Source of the DNA: Candidatus Sulfomarinibacteraceae bacterium
GTDB lineage: Bacteria; Acidobacteriota; Thermoanaerobaculia; Thermoanaerobaculales; Sulfomarinibacteraceae
Reading direction: 5' to 3'
Assembly: GCA_963796455.1 (NCBI GenBank)
Contig: CAWCLO010000010.1
Span: 1-64,000, forward strand
DNA length: 64,000 nt
Under the pieces are notes generated by a model, which saw only the letters and a program-made list of their open reading frames with translations, was not told where the DNA came from and searched no databases. The number at the start of each line of letters is the position of its first letter. Position 1 is the first letter of the stretch. The position numbers and the translations under genes were made by a program. Shown piece after piece: positions 40,569 to 50,071 of this stretch.

Positions 40569-43500
40569 ATGAGAATCTCCCAGAAAAAATCCGCTATTGC
40601 TCTGCTGGTCTTGCTCGTGGCGCTGCCGCTGGGTGCACAGTCGGACAGCTCTCAGCCCGACGTCAGCCTTCGCCAGATTCGCGAGCTCCGTGCCCAGGTC
40701 ACAAACAACGCGTCGCATGCAGAGGATTTCAGAGCTCGCGTGATCGAACTCTGCGATGTCGCAACAGGAGCTCTCGAGAGTGCACAGCGCAATCATTCCG
40801 CCGCACAGGCCTCGAATAGCGAGCGGAGCGGCATTGGGCGCGAAATGGAGGCGATCCAGCAGAGGCTGCGTCAACCCGAGCGAGTGGCAGGAATCGATCT
40901 CCCGAGCGAGGCCACGATCTACCAGGCCGAGGATGCGCTGGCTCGTGAACGATCGAGGCTGGCGGCCCACCGGACCGCGGTCACCGAACTGCAACGGAGA
41001 AGAGAAGACCGCGCGGCGGCTCGAAACGACGCCTCACAACGTCACGGTCTGCTCGATCAGGAAATTGAATTGCTCAACGCAGAGCTTCGGTTGCAGGCCC
41101 AGAGCGACGCCCATCCTGACCTCAAGAAAGCTGTTCGTCTCAACCTGCTCGCGCGAAGAGAAGCGGCCCAAAGCGAAATCGAAAAGCTTGGTGCCCTGCT
41201 CGATCTGCTCGAAGAACGCGGAGCGCTGCTGCCCCTCGAGATCGACCTCGCTCAGCGGCGGGTCGCGACTTCCGAAGAGTCGGTTCATCTCCTCGAACAA
41301 GCCGCCCAGACGATTCGGCTGGAAGCGGCCGCGGCAGAGCTTGGACGTGTTCGCACACTGAGTGACTCGATCACGAAGGCGGCACCAGAATTCGCCGGAA
41401 TTGCGGCCGAGACGGTGAAGATCGCTGAAGTCCTCCTTGGTGCGGATGGGGTCACGGCGAGATCCGAAAAAACCTCGAGAGACATTGCCACCCTGCAGAA
41501 GAACCTTGTCGAACTCAACCGGATCGCGGAGCTGACGCAGCGCAAATTCGAGGCCTTCGGAAATCGCGGCAGCATCGGACGATGGTGGCCGACCTTCCCC
41601 CCCGACTTTCCAGAACCGGGTTCAGTGGCCAAAAAGATCACTTACCTCGATGGCGAAATCCCGGAGGTCGAACACCAACTCATTTCATACGAACAGCAGC
41701 GCTCTGAGTCGCGAACCCTCGCGCGCGCGTCCCTGCTGAAGTTGCAAACCACCTACGGCGACGAACTCGACCCGAAACTCATAGCTATGGTCCGCGAGTT
41801 GTTTCAAGTTCGACAAGACCTGCTCGACGACATGATTCGATTTGGTGCCAGATACTCGACCCAACTTTCTGAACAACGGACCCTTGCCGCCACTTTTCAC
41901 CGACGACTCGAGCGGGCCGAAAAGTTTCTCTATGCACACGTTCTGTGGTCACGCAGTGTTCCAAAACCGATCGTCCCGCGTCTGAAAGATATTGCCGACA
42001 GCATCCGATGGCTGGCGTCCACCGACCACCTCAGATCGCTGAATGTGGTTGGCGCCAAACTCAAGGGCCGCGGCCTCGTGATGATGCTCATTCTGGTGTT
42101 GATCATTTTGCTTCGCCGACCGATCAAACGTCGCCTGAGCGACCTTGCAGACCAAACAATGGAACCGGAACAGGATTCGCTTCGACTCACCATCGAAACC
42201 CTTTTCTTCACCGTGGTTTTGGCCGTGCCGCTCCCTCTGGCAATTAATGGCGCAGCCGATTTCGCGCAGCGCTTTGGTGATTCGACATTCTGGATATCGG
42301 CAGCGGAAGCTCTGCCCATCATCGCAATGACTGCCGCATTCCTCGAATTGACACGACAACTCTTTGCGCCGCGGGGTCTGGCCGAAGCTCATTTCGGGTG
42401 GCCGACTCTGGCCACACAGACACTCCATCGCGGGCTGCGATGGACCGAAGCAATCGGCCTGCCCCTGCTCTTTGTTGCCGTTCTCCTGGTCTTTGCCGGA
42501 GTGCGATTCGATAGTACGCCCGACCTCCAGGTCTACAACAACTCACTTGGTCGGTTGGCCTTCATCGCGGCGATGACAGTCCTGGGCTTGTCCATTCTTG
42601 CCATCCTCCGTCCGGTGAGAAGAAGCGAACGGGGCAAGCGGGACGTCAGGGTTCCGTGGCCTCGGCGGTTTTCGGAATACGCCTTTCCGACGGCCTTTCT
42701 CGGCGCCTATCCGATGGTCGTCATCGCCACTCTCGTACCGGCGATGCTGGCGGTCTTCGGTTTCTACATCTCCGCTGTACTCCTCGCCTATCAGATGCTG
42801 CGAACCCTTTGGCTGGTGTTGGTCCTGTTGATCGCCGGCGGGCTGATTTATCGCTGGCGGGTGGTGAATCGGCAACGGACCCTGACCGAACTGGAAGAAG
42901 GCGACGAAGTTGCGAAGCGAATGAAAACCGTTGAAGAGTCGGAACGGCAGGTCGGACAACTCTTTCGCTTCACAGTCATCGCCGTTGTGACCTTTGGCCT
43001 TTTCTCGATCTGGAGTGACGCCCTTCCGATGCTTCAGATCTTCAAGCGTGTACAAATTCTTCCGCACATCGAATTGCTCGCGGCAACGGAAGAGCCGGCA
43101 TCTGTATTTGACACCGCCGATCAGGAGACTGCAAAAGCCGATCCGCCATCCGCGGTCATCACCGACCCGGCTACACCCGCGACCCAAGCTCAACCGCCAT
43201 TGACCCTTTGGAATCTCTTCAAGGCGCTCATAGCCGCCGCCTTCACATTCGCGTTGGTCAAGAACCTTCCGGCGGTGATCGAGATTATCCTCCGGCGCAG
43301 GACGAATCTCGATGGCGGCGCGAGGTTCGCCTTCAGCACCCTTGTTCGTTACACCATTACGATCGTCGGTTTGATACTGGTCTTCGGTCTGCTCGGAATC
43401 ACCTGGGGCCGAGTTCAATGGCTGGCCGCCGCTTTGACATTCGGTCTGGGCTTCGGCTTACAGGAAATCGTCGCCAACTTTGTCTCCGGTCTCATCCTGT

Positions 43501-44036
43501 TGATCGAGCGACCGATCCGGGTCGGCGATGTGGTCACAATCGGCAACCTGATGGGGAAGGTGTCCGAGATTCAGATCCGCGCGACCACCATCACCCTGTG
43601 GGACCGCAGCGAAATGATCGTGCCCAACAAGGAATTCATCACCACCAAACTGGTCAACTGGACCCTTTCGGACTCCAAACGCCGGATCGAGATTCCCGTC
43701 CGGATCGCCTACGGCGCCGATATCGAACAGGTCAAGACGATCCTCGTCAAGGCCGCCAACGAGCACCCATCGGTGCTCCCTGAACCCGCGCCGCATGCCC
43801 TGCTGCTTGCATTCGGTGAGGACGCGATGAAGATCGAGCTTCGTTTTGTCGTCGATTTTGGTCAGGGACTCGCGACCAAGGACGAGGTCCAGATGGTGAT
43901 CGAACAAGAATTCGGAAAACAGGGCATCAAATTTGCCCTGCCGCAGCGCCAGGTTCGGGTGGTTTCAGAAGGTGGCAGCGATGGTCAACCAGCCGCCGGT
44001 TTCGGACATGGAGAACCAGAACGTACCGAGTCGTGA
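40569..44036 (+). CDS. Large MscS-family mechanosensitive channel (MscK/MscM-like)
   Basis: Periplasmic coiled coil, multi-TM region, GLGFGLQEIVANFVSGLILLIERPIRVGD. Confidence 0.92.
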   Translation: MRISQKKSAIALLVLLVALPLGAQSDSSQPDVSLRQIRELRAQVTNNASHAEDFRARVIELCDVATGALESAQRNHSAAQASNSERSGIGREMEAIQQRLRQPERVAGIDLPSEATIYQAEDALARERSRLAAHRTAVTELQRRREDRAAARNDASQRHGLLDQEIELLNAELRLQAQSDAHPDLKKAVRLNLLARREAAQSEIEKLGALLDLLEERGALLPLEIDLAQRRVATSEESVHLLEQAAQTIRLEAAAAELGRVRTLSDSITKAAPEFAGIAAETVKIAEVLLGADGVTARSEKTSRDIATLQKNLVELNRIAELTQRKFEAFGNRGSIGRWWPTFPPDFPEPGSVAKKITYLDGEIPEVEHQLISYEQQRSESRTLARASLLKLQTTYGDELDPKLIAMVRELFQVRQDLLDDMIRFGARYSTQLSEQRTLAATFHRRLERAEKFLYAHVLWSRSVPKPIVPRLKDIADSIRWLASTDHLRSLNVVGAKLKGRGLVMMLILVLIILLRRPIKRRLSDLADQTMEPEQDSLRLTIETLFFTVVLAVPLPLAINGAADFAQRFGDSTFWISAAEALPIIAMTAAFLELTRQLFAPRGLAEAHFGWPTLATQTLHRGLRWTEAIGLPLLFVAVLLVFAGVRFDSTPDLQVYNNSLGRLAFIAAMTVLGLSILAILRPVRRSERGKRDVRVPWPRRFSEYAFPTAFLGAYPMVVIATLVPAMLAVFGFYISAVLLAYQMLRTLWLVLVLLIAGGLIYRWRVVNRQRTLTELEEGDEVAKRMKTVEESERQVGQLFRFTVIAVVTFGLFSIWSDALPMLQIFKRVQILPHIELLAATEEPASVFDTADQETAKADPPSAVITDPATPATQAQPPLTLWNLFKALIAAAFTFALVKNLPAVIEIILRRRTNLDGGARFAFSTLVRYTITIVGLILVFGLLGITWGRVQWLAAALTFGLGFGLQEIVANFVSGLILLIERPIRVGDVVTIGNLMGKVSEIQIRATTITLWDRSEMIVPNKEFITTKLVNWTLSDSKRRIEIPVRIAYGADIEQVKTILVKAANEHPSVLPEPAPHALLLAFGEDAMKIELRFVVDFGQGLATKDEVQMVIEQEFGKQGIKFALPQRQVRVVSEGGSDGQPAAGFGHGEPERTES

Positions 44037-44058
44037 GGCAGGATGCTGGATGCAGGAT

Positions 44059-44902
44059 CACTGCTGTCCAAAACAGATCGTCATGAAGTTTCCCACCTGA
44101 CAAAACGTGGATTACGGTTCGGTTCTTGGCATATCCAGTTCGCGGTTGCCTCGTGCCCGCGTCCGCGTCCGAATTACAGCGGCAGCGGCAGAGACAGTGT
44201 CCAGGGGGCAGGGGACAGCGAAAGGGACAGTGGTCAGTTTTCAGCGACGGGGAGCAGTGGCAGCAGTCTGGAGTTCATGCGGCGAAATGGCCACCTCCGG
44301 GTCGTTCAAAGGAAGGGGTAGCCGGTGGGCGGCCGATGTCAAGGACAGGCAGGGTGCAGGGCATCCTTGACATCGGCCACCACACCGGCTTGTGGCAAAG
44401 GGCATGAACGACCCGGAGGTGACCATGTCCAACGCCGCCACGAACACCAACCTCGTTGCCCACTCGAAGGCCCTCGAAGCAGCAGGAATCGCGATCAAGC
44501 TCGTGATGAGGGTTCCTGCTCCTCTGAAGTCGATTGCCGATCAGGTGATCCGATCGGCAAGTTCAGTTCCTGCGAACCTGGCAGAAGGGCACGGCCGAGT
44601 CGGAAGGGACCGGTCGTACCACTGGAGAATCGCTTATGCCTCGGCCAAAGAGGTCGACAGCCACTTGCAGCTTCTCGCACATGCCGGGGCGATCAGCCGA
44701 ACAGCAGCCCGTGACGCGATGAAGGTCTTCGATCAGGTCCGTGCCATGACCTGGCGGCTGTTGAACCCGACGAAGTGAGCGCGGTTCGCTAACGCTGCCC
44801 CGGCCGCTGGTCGCTGCCGCTGGCTACTGAACGCTGCCGCCGTTCACTGTTCCCTGCCGCTGTCACTGCACGCTATCCGAGACTCTGTCTTGGACAAGAG
44901 TG
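44059..44902 (+). mobile_element. 844-bp element with terminal inverted repeats and an apparent AT target duplication, carrying only a four-helix-bundle gene
   Basis: Ends cactgctgtccaaaacaga / tctgtcttggacaagagtg (16 of 19 match); removal restores a (GGATGCA)n array. Confidence 0.7.
44425..44778 (+). CDS. Four-helix-bundle protein (23S rRNA IVP / Avd-like family)
   Basis: DQVIRSASSVPANLAEGHGR...IAYASAKEV; RBS GGAGGT at 44415. Confidence 0.9.
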   Translation: MSNAATNTNLVAHSKALEAAGIAIKLVMRVPAPLKSIADQVIRSASSVPANLAEGHGRVGRDRSYHWRIAYASAKEVDSHLQLLAHAGAISRTAARDAMKVFDQVRAMTWRLLNPTK

Positions 44903-45006
44903 ATGCAGGATGCAGCGAGATCATCGGTCCCCCTCACGGGTTGTCAAGAACCGTGTGCGATGAATCCTGGATCCTGTGACCTGAATCCTGTATCGAGCCT
45001 ATGGCG

Positions 45007-45411
45007 TCAGCAGTCAGAGTCTGAACTCGCCGAGATCCGGCGGATCGCAGTGATGAACACCAACCCATCGTAGTCGGCGGCGAATCCGTCGCCCCGTTCT
45101 GAGGAAAGCCGGCCTTCGATCTCAATGAATATCGGTTCGTAGGGTTCCGCGGTCAGGGATATGGAGAGATCGCGCAGCTCCTCGAGGATCACAGGCTCCG
45201 CGCGAATCCAGTACACACGGTCATCTCCGCAAACCTGAAACGTCCGGACTTCGTGGCCGAGGACGGCGTGTCCCGAGAAAACTTCGGTCGGCAAATTTTC
45301 CCTGGCCTCGTTGACATCAGGAACTGTCGGCTGTTGCCGTACGGCCGGTTGATGGTCGCTGCAGGCGAAGCAGAACAGGGTAAAGGCGAGGCCGACGGAC
45401 AATGGCCTCAT
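45007..45411 (-). CDS. Hypothetical lipoprotein
   Basis: Lipobox CFAC; GHEVRTFQVC; follows 45412-45975 directly. Confidence 0.7.
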   Translation of the reverse strand: MRPLSVGLAFTLFCFACSDHQPAVRQQPTVPDVNEARENLPTEVFSGHAVLGHEVRTFQVCGDDRVYWIRAEPVILEELRDLSISLTAEPYEPIFIEIEGRLSSERGDGFAADYDGLVFITAIRRISASSDSDC

Positions 45412-45975
45412 TCAGAACTTCACCATGTAGTCCTTCGCTTCGAGGCAGACCGAAAATGCCTTTTTGAAGTTCTCGATCTGTTCGGCAGTCGCCTGTTGGG
45501 CCTGCTGGTTCTGCTGCTCGACCTGCTGACTCGCCTCTTCCTTGGCGTGATGGGTCCGTCGGCGCGCCGCGATACCTCCGATGGCAGCACCCCAGGCCGC
45601 CCCTTTGCCCGGATCGTTGCTTGCGATCTCGCCGATCAGGGCCCCGGCCGCGGCACCACCAACAGCGCCTCTGGCACCGGCGCCCTGGCCCGACTGGGCG
45701 ATCTGTTGCTGGGTCTGGTCGGCCTGCTGTTGTTGCTGTTGCGCCTCCTTGCCCAGCGCAAAGGGATCGTTGCCGGTGTTCTGGACCGCCCAGTTGTAGC
45801 ACTCTGCTTCTTCCTTGGATTGTTGATCTGCAGCCTGCCCTTCGGTCGGAAAGACGTAGACCTCCATGGTTGCCGCCAGGGTCTTAGGCGCCGCCGAAGT
45901 CGTCGTCTGAGCAGAAGCCACGGACACCAGGGCCAACGCGATACACGGAGCCACCAAAGCTTTGCTGATACTCAT
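45412..45975 (-). CDS. Exported glycine-zipper protein
   Basis: YVFPTEGQ...ECYNWA, GAVGGAAAGALIG, AFSVCLEAKDY. Confidence 0.8.
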   Translation of the reverse strand: MSISKALVAPCIALALVSVASAQTTTSAAPKTLAATMEVYVFPTEGQAADQQSKEEAECYNWAVQNTGNDPFALGKEAQQQQQQADQTQQQIAQSGQGAGARGAVGGAAAGALIGEIASNDPGKGAAWGAAIGGIAARRRTHHAKEEASQQVEQQNQQAQQATAEQIENFKKAFSVCLEAKDYMVKF

Positions 45976-45990
45976 TTCGATTCCTCCCGT

Positions 45991-46413
45991 TCACTCGCCC
46001 GCTGACATCGGCGTACACGCCGCAAAGACTGAAATCGTCAATTCATCGGCTGCGATGGCGATGGACGCGACGCCGCTCACCTCATCGACAACAAAGCTGA
46101 ATGCTCTCCCGTTTTCAACTCCCTGCAGAAAGATCTGTCCGTCCGCTCGTTGCAGCGTCAAGATCGGGGTCTCCCGCAACCGCGGAGCACCGGGCGTGGT
46201 CCGCAGGATCTTTTCGTCGAGGTGGATCTCGAGGAACTCGGGCATGTTCCAACTCCATGGATGGCCGAATTCGCATTCTCCGGAGGTATCGCAAACAATC
46301 GCCTCGACACCCGCGCAGAGGATCTTCTCGGCGCCGGTCACGTCTTCGGCCTGTGCCGCGCCGCACACCGCTACCAGAATGGTCGTTACAACAAAAAATG
46401 TCTTAGGTAACAT
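45991..46413 (-). CDS. Exported hypothetical protein
   Basis: Signal peptide, four Cys, LQGVENGRAFS. Confidence 0.7.
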   Translation of the reverse strand: MLPKTFFVVTTILVAVCGAAQAEDVTGAEKILCAGVEAIVCDTSGECEFGHPWSWNMPEFLEIHLDEKILRTTPGAPRLRETPILTLQRADGQIFLQGVENGRAFSFVVDEVSGVASIAIAADELTISVFAACTPMSAGE

Positions 46414-46476
46414 GAAGATCCTCCGCTGAGCCAAAGTCTGCCCGAAATCCTGGCGGTCTGCCCGCGAACGTTCAAA

Positions 46477-47397
46477 TCAGGGTTTACCAAACCAACTGTA
46501 ATTGTAAGAGATACCGACCGAACCAAAGTCACCGCCGATCCGGGTGATCGCGCCCCTGCTGGCTGCAAATCGAAGCGCATGGTGGGCCCCCAGGCGCATT
46601 GACACCGTCGCGCCGACTCGGGAGTTGCTCTGCAGATCGTCGTTGGTCGTTCCGTTCACCGTCGTCTGCCCGCCGCGCCAGAAATTTGTGTCTAAGGAGG
46701 CCCACAAGCCGGGCTTGAAGAGGTATCTGACGTGGAATTCGGTGGACAGAAACGGTTTCTGCTCTTTGGTGGCTCCACCAAAGAAATCCGAATTGTCGCT
46801 AAAAAACCACCCTCCAAGATAGGCATCAACGGCCCATTTGTTCATCACATGTACCAGCCCGACCTCCGGTTTGAAGGCCCAGCGGTTGGCGCCGAGGTTG
46901 ATGAGCTTGTCCGGGTTGTATTGACCAGTTGGCGCCCGGACAACGATGCTCGCTCCGATCATCGTGCCCGGTTTGAAGGATCTGAACTCCTTCGGGCTCA
47001 TGGCCGGCGCCCCGAGAAGGTTGACGGAAAAACGGAGCGCGAGATCGCCGAGGCCCGATCGGTGTGCAGATGCCGGTTCACCGAGGTAGAGGCCTTTGAG
47101 GTCGCCGATTACCTGGGGCAAGATGATCCCGGCGTTCGCCGACCGACCCGCAAAACTGAAGGTTCGGGCGTATCCGAGGCTCACGAATCCGATCTGCGCA
47201 TTCACATCCGAGATCGGCGCCGCCGGATCAAAAGAGATATCTCCGTTATTGTGGGTGGCCGCAACGGAGAGCAGGTTGACGCCGTAGGGCGCCGGCGTGT
47301 AGGCGGCCGGCACCAGCTCCTGCGCGAATGTCGAGGTGGTCAACCCGCAACACAACAAAAACCCGCCTACGGCCGTCTTCCAAAAACCCGCACACAT
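46477..47397 (-). CDS. Outer-membrane beta-barrel 'transporter' (MetA/phenol-degradation family)
   Basis: APTGQYNPDKLINLGANRWAFKPE. Confidence 0.8.
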   Translation of the reverse strand: MCAGFWKTAVGGFLLCCGLTTSTFAQELVPAAYTPAPYGVNLLSVAATHNNGDISFDPAAPISDVNAQIGFVSLGYARTFSFAGRSANAGIILPQVIGDLKGLYLGEPASAHRSGLGDLALRFSVNLLGAPAMSPKEFRSFKPGTMIGASIVVRAPTGQYNPDKLINLGANRWAFKPEVGLVHVMNKWAVDAYLGGWFFSDNSDFFGGATKEQKPFLSTEFHVRYLFKPGLWASLDTNFWRGGQTTVNGTTNDDLQSNSRVGATVSMRLGAHHALRFAASRGAITRIGGDFGSVGISYNYSWFGKP

Positions 47398-47508
47398 GGG
47401 GCGAATGCCGTTGCTCTTGATCATCGAGATACAAGATACAGGATGCAGGGTGGGAGACGCGAGATCCGCGGCCCACGGAATCCTGGAGCATCGGTAGAAG
47501 ATTCCCAG

Positions 47509-47557
47509 ATCCGAAATCCGAAATCCGAAATCCGAAATCCGAAATCCGAAATCCGAA
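47509..47557. repeat. (ATCCGAA)x7 tandem array upstream of rph
   Basis: Read directly. Confidence 0.92.
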
Positions 47558-47599
47558 ATCGACAAGGGTCTATACTCATCCTCCGAAAAGGAGACGCTC

Positions 47600-48346
47600 A
47601 TGCGCCCAGACGGCCGCCAAACTCACGAAATCCGACCCATCACCGTTGAACCCGACTTCATCCGCTATCCCGAGGGCAGTGTGCTCTACCGCGCAGGCGA
47701 CACGGTGGTTTTGTGCAATGCCAGCGTTCTCGATCGCACGGCGCCCTTTCTCCGTGGTTCGGGTGAGGGCTGGGTGACGGCTGAGTACGCCATGCTGCCG
47801 CGGGCCACCGACACCCGGTCGGAGCGCGAGGTCAAAAAGGGCAAACCGAGCGGTCGTTCGCAGGAAATCCAACGCCTCATCGGGCGCTCGCTGCGCGCTG
47901 CGGTCAACCGCGGAGAAATCGGCGAGCGAACCATCGCCATCGACTGCGACGTGCTTCAGGCCGACGGTTCGACCCGAACCGCCTCGATCTCGGGCGGTTG
48001 GATCGCCCTCGTGTTTTCTCTATGCCGGATGCAGGAACAGGGCATGCTCCGCCAATGGCCGCTGACTCATCAGATTGCCTCTGTCGCGGTGGGACTCCTG
48101 GCGGGCGAACCAAGAGCGGATCTCGACTATTGCGAGGATTTCGATTGCGATGTGGATCTCAATCTCGTCTTCACCGGCGACGGCAATCTGATCGAGGTCC
48201 AGGGCACCGCCGAAGGGGAATCTTTTTCGCGCGAACAGCTCGGCATTCTCCTCGAGGTGGGTTGGCAGGGAGCCCAGCAGGTGATGGAGAAACAAAGGGA
48301 ACTCGTCGGTCCCCGATTGGATGCCCTGGGTCTGAAATTACCCTAG
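47600..48346 (+). CDS. rph: Ribonuclease PH
   Basis: [38 protein letters not shown]. Confidence 0.97.
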   Translation: MRPDGRQTHEIRPITVEPDFIRYPEGSVLYRAGDTVVLCNASVLDRTAPFLRGSGEGWVTAEYAMLPRATDTRSEREVKKGKPSGRSQEIQRLIGRSLRAAVNRGEIGERTIAIDCDVLQADGSTRTASISGGWIALVFSLCRMQEQGMLRQWPLTHQIASVAVGLLAGEPRADLDYCEDFDCDVDLNLVFTGDGNLIEVQGTAEGESFSREQLGILLEVGWQGAQQVMEKQRELVGPRLDALGLKLP

Positions 48347-48471
48347 TCGGTTTTGGAAATTCGGAGTTCGGAGTTCTTCCAGTCGCGTTGACCCGATATA
48401 TGTAAATGGGAGGAAATTCAGAATTCCGAACTCAAAATTCCGAATTCGCGGCCCCTGGGCCGCGTGCGCCA

Positions 48472-48501
48472 TTGACACCTGAGCCGCGCGAAACCTATAC
48501 T
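48472..48501 (+). promoter_or_regulatory. Sigma-70 promoter for the tRNA operon
   Basis: TTGACA-N18-TATACT. Confidence 0.75.
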
Positions 48502-48554
48502 CGCTCTCCGCCTCAGGGCGGTTGTTCTTTGCAAAGTGTGAGTGGACTCCCAGT

Positions 48555-48632
<78 letters not shown>

Positions 48633-48660
48633 TTACTCCATGACCCCGCGCTGGAAACCT

Positions 48661-48737
<77 letters not shown>

Positions 48738-48753
48738 TTTCGATTCGTTTCGT

Positions 48754-48830
48754 GGTGGGCGTAGCTCAGTTGGTAGAGCACAGGATTGTGGCTCCTGTGG
48801 TCGTGGGTTCGATCCCCATCGCTCACCCCA
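48754..48830 (+). tRNA. tRNA-His(GTG)
   Basis: G-1; cagga TTGTGGC tcctg; CCA. Confidence 0.95.
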
Positions 48831-48842
48831 AAAATTTTATGT

Positions 48843-48919
48843 GCGCCCGTAGCTCAGCTGGATAGAGCGATAGCCTCCGGAGCTATAGGTCGCTGGTTCG
48901 AATCCAGTCGGGCGTACCA
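48843..48919 (+). tRNA. tRNA-Arg(CCG)
   Basis: atagc CTCCGGA gctat; CCA. Confidence 0.95.
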
Positions 48920-48926
48920 TTTTTAG

Positions 48927-48952
48927 AGCCTCCCAATTCGGGAGGTTTTTTT
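48927..48952 (+). terminator. Intrinsic terminator of the tRNA operon
   Basis: gcctccc-aattc-gggaggt followed by a T tract. Confidence 0.8.
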
Positions 48953-49000
48953 GAGTTCGACACCAGCAGAGGGTCGCGGTCTGAGCGAGAGGGAAATCGA

Positions 49001-50071
49001 TCACAACTCGAGATCGTCGAAGCCAATGCCTGGTCGGCCGGTCGGGTAGAGATAGCCATTGCGACACGACACCGCGCGCTTGGCCGGATCGTTGATCAGA
49101 GCGAGGTGCCCGTCAAGATCGGCAAAGACAACATTTGGCCGTGCCAAGGCGAAGTGGAGACCGGCGGCAATCGCGAGAGCCGATTCGTCCATACAGCCGA
49201 CCATGACCTCGAGCCCGGCCGAACGCGCCACCGAATTGACGTGGAGCGCTTCGGCGATTCCTCCCACCTTCATCAACTTGATATTCACCATGTCGACGAG
49301 GTTTCGCCGTGCCAAACGGAAAGCGTCGCGGAGACTCATCAGGCTCTCGTCGGCCATCACCGGGATCGACGCCTCCGCGGTGACGCGGCCGAGCAGATCG
49401 GGCTCGCCCCTGGCGGTCGGTTGTTCGATCAGTTCGAGACGAGCCGAGGCGGTGCGTTGGACGAAGTCAAGAGACTCTTCCACTGAGTAACCCTGGTTGG
49501 CGTCGAAACGCAACCCGATTTTCTCGCCCACCGCCCGCCGCACCTCGAGCACCCGTTCGACATCGCACTCGACATCCGCGCCGCCCTTGATCTTGAGGCA
49601 GGAGAATCCGTCTCCGACCCACCTCCGCGCCTCGAACAAGGTCTCCTCGACCGGCAGGATGCCGATGGTGACGCTGGTCCGAATGCGGTCCCGGTAGCCG
49701 CCGAGGAGCTTCCACAAGGGCAGCTTCGCCCGTTTCCCGAGGATGTCGTACAACGCCATGTCGATCGCGGCTCGAGCTGAAGGCTGCTTTGCCAGCGGCT
49801 TGCGCAGCCGCTCCATCAGCATCGCCGGACGCAGCGGGTCCGAGCCCCGGAGGCTCGGCTCGACAATCTCTTTGATCGCCGCGACGACCGAGGCGGCGCT
49901 CTCTCCGGTGACCTCGTCATCCGGCGCCGCGCACCCGAAACCGACCAGATCGCCGTCGGTCTCCATCCTGACAAAGACGTTGTGGGCCGTGTCGATCGTC
50001 TCGTAGGCGATGGTGTAGGGATTGGACAAACGCAGTTTGACGTCGCCGACAGCGATCGACCGGATCTTCAT
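49001..50071 (-). CDS. Dipeptide epimerase / N-acyl-amino-acid racemase (enolase superfamily)
   Basis: KIK, RFDANQG, EQP, MADES, NIKLMKVGG, GCMDE, DLDG. Confidence 0.9.
   Translation of the reverse strand: MKIRSIAVGDVKLRLSNPYTIAYETIDTAHNVFVRMETDGDLVGFGCAAPDDEVTGESAASVVAAIKEIVEPSLRGSDPLRPAMLMERLRKPLAKQPSARAAIDMALYDILGKRAKLPLWKLLGGYRDRIRTSVTIGILPVEETLFEARRWVGDGFSCLKIKGGADVECDVERVLEVRRAVGEKIGLRFDANQGYSVEESLDFVQRTASARLELIEQPTARGEPDLLGRVTAEASIPVMADESLMSLRDAFRLARRNLVDMVNIKLMKVGGIAEALHVNSVARSAGLEVMVGCMDESALAIAAGLHFALARPNVVFADLDGHLALINDPAKRAVSCRNGYLYPTGRPGIGFDDLEL

Noticed and set aside
44425..44778. Diversity-generating retroelement (Avd-like gene)
   Set aside because: No reverse transcriptase and no TR/VR pair with adenine-specific differences were seen in the window.
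47398..47601. N-terminal extension of the barrel ORF (ISDFGFR repeats)
   Set aside because: It is only the translation of the ATCCGAA array; the plausible start with a signal peptide is at 47397.
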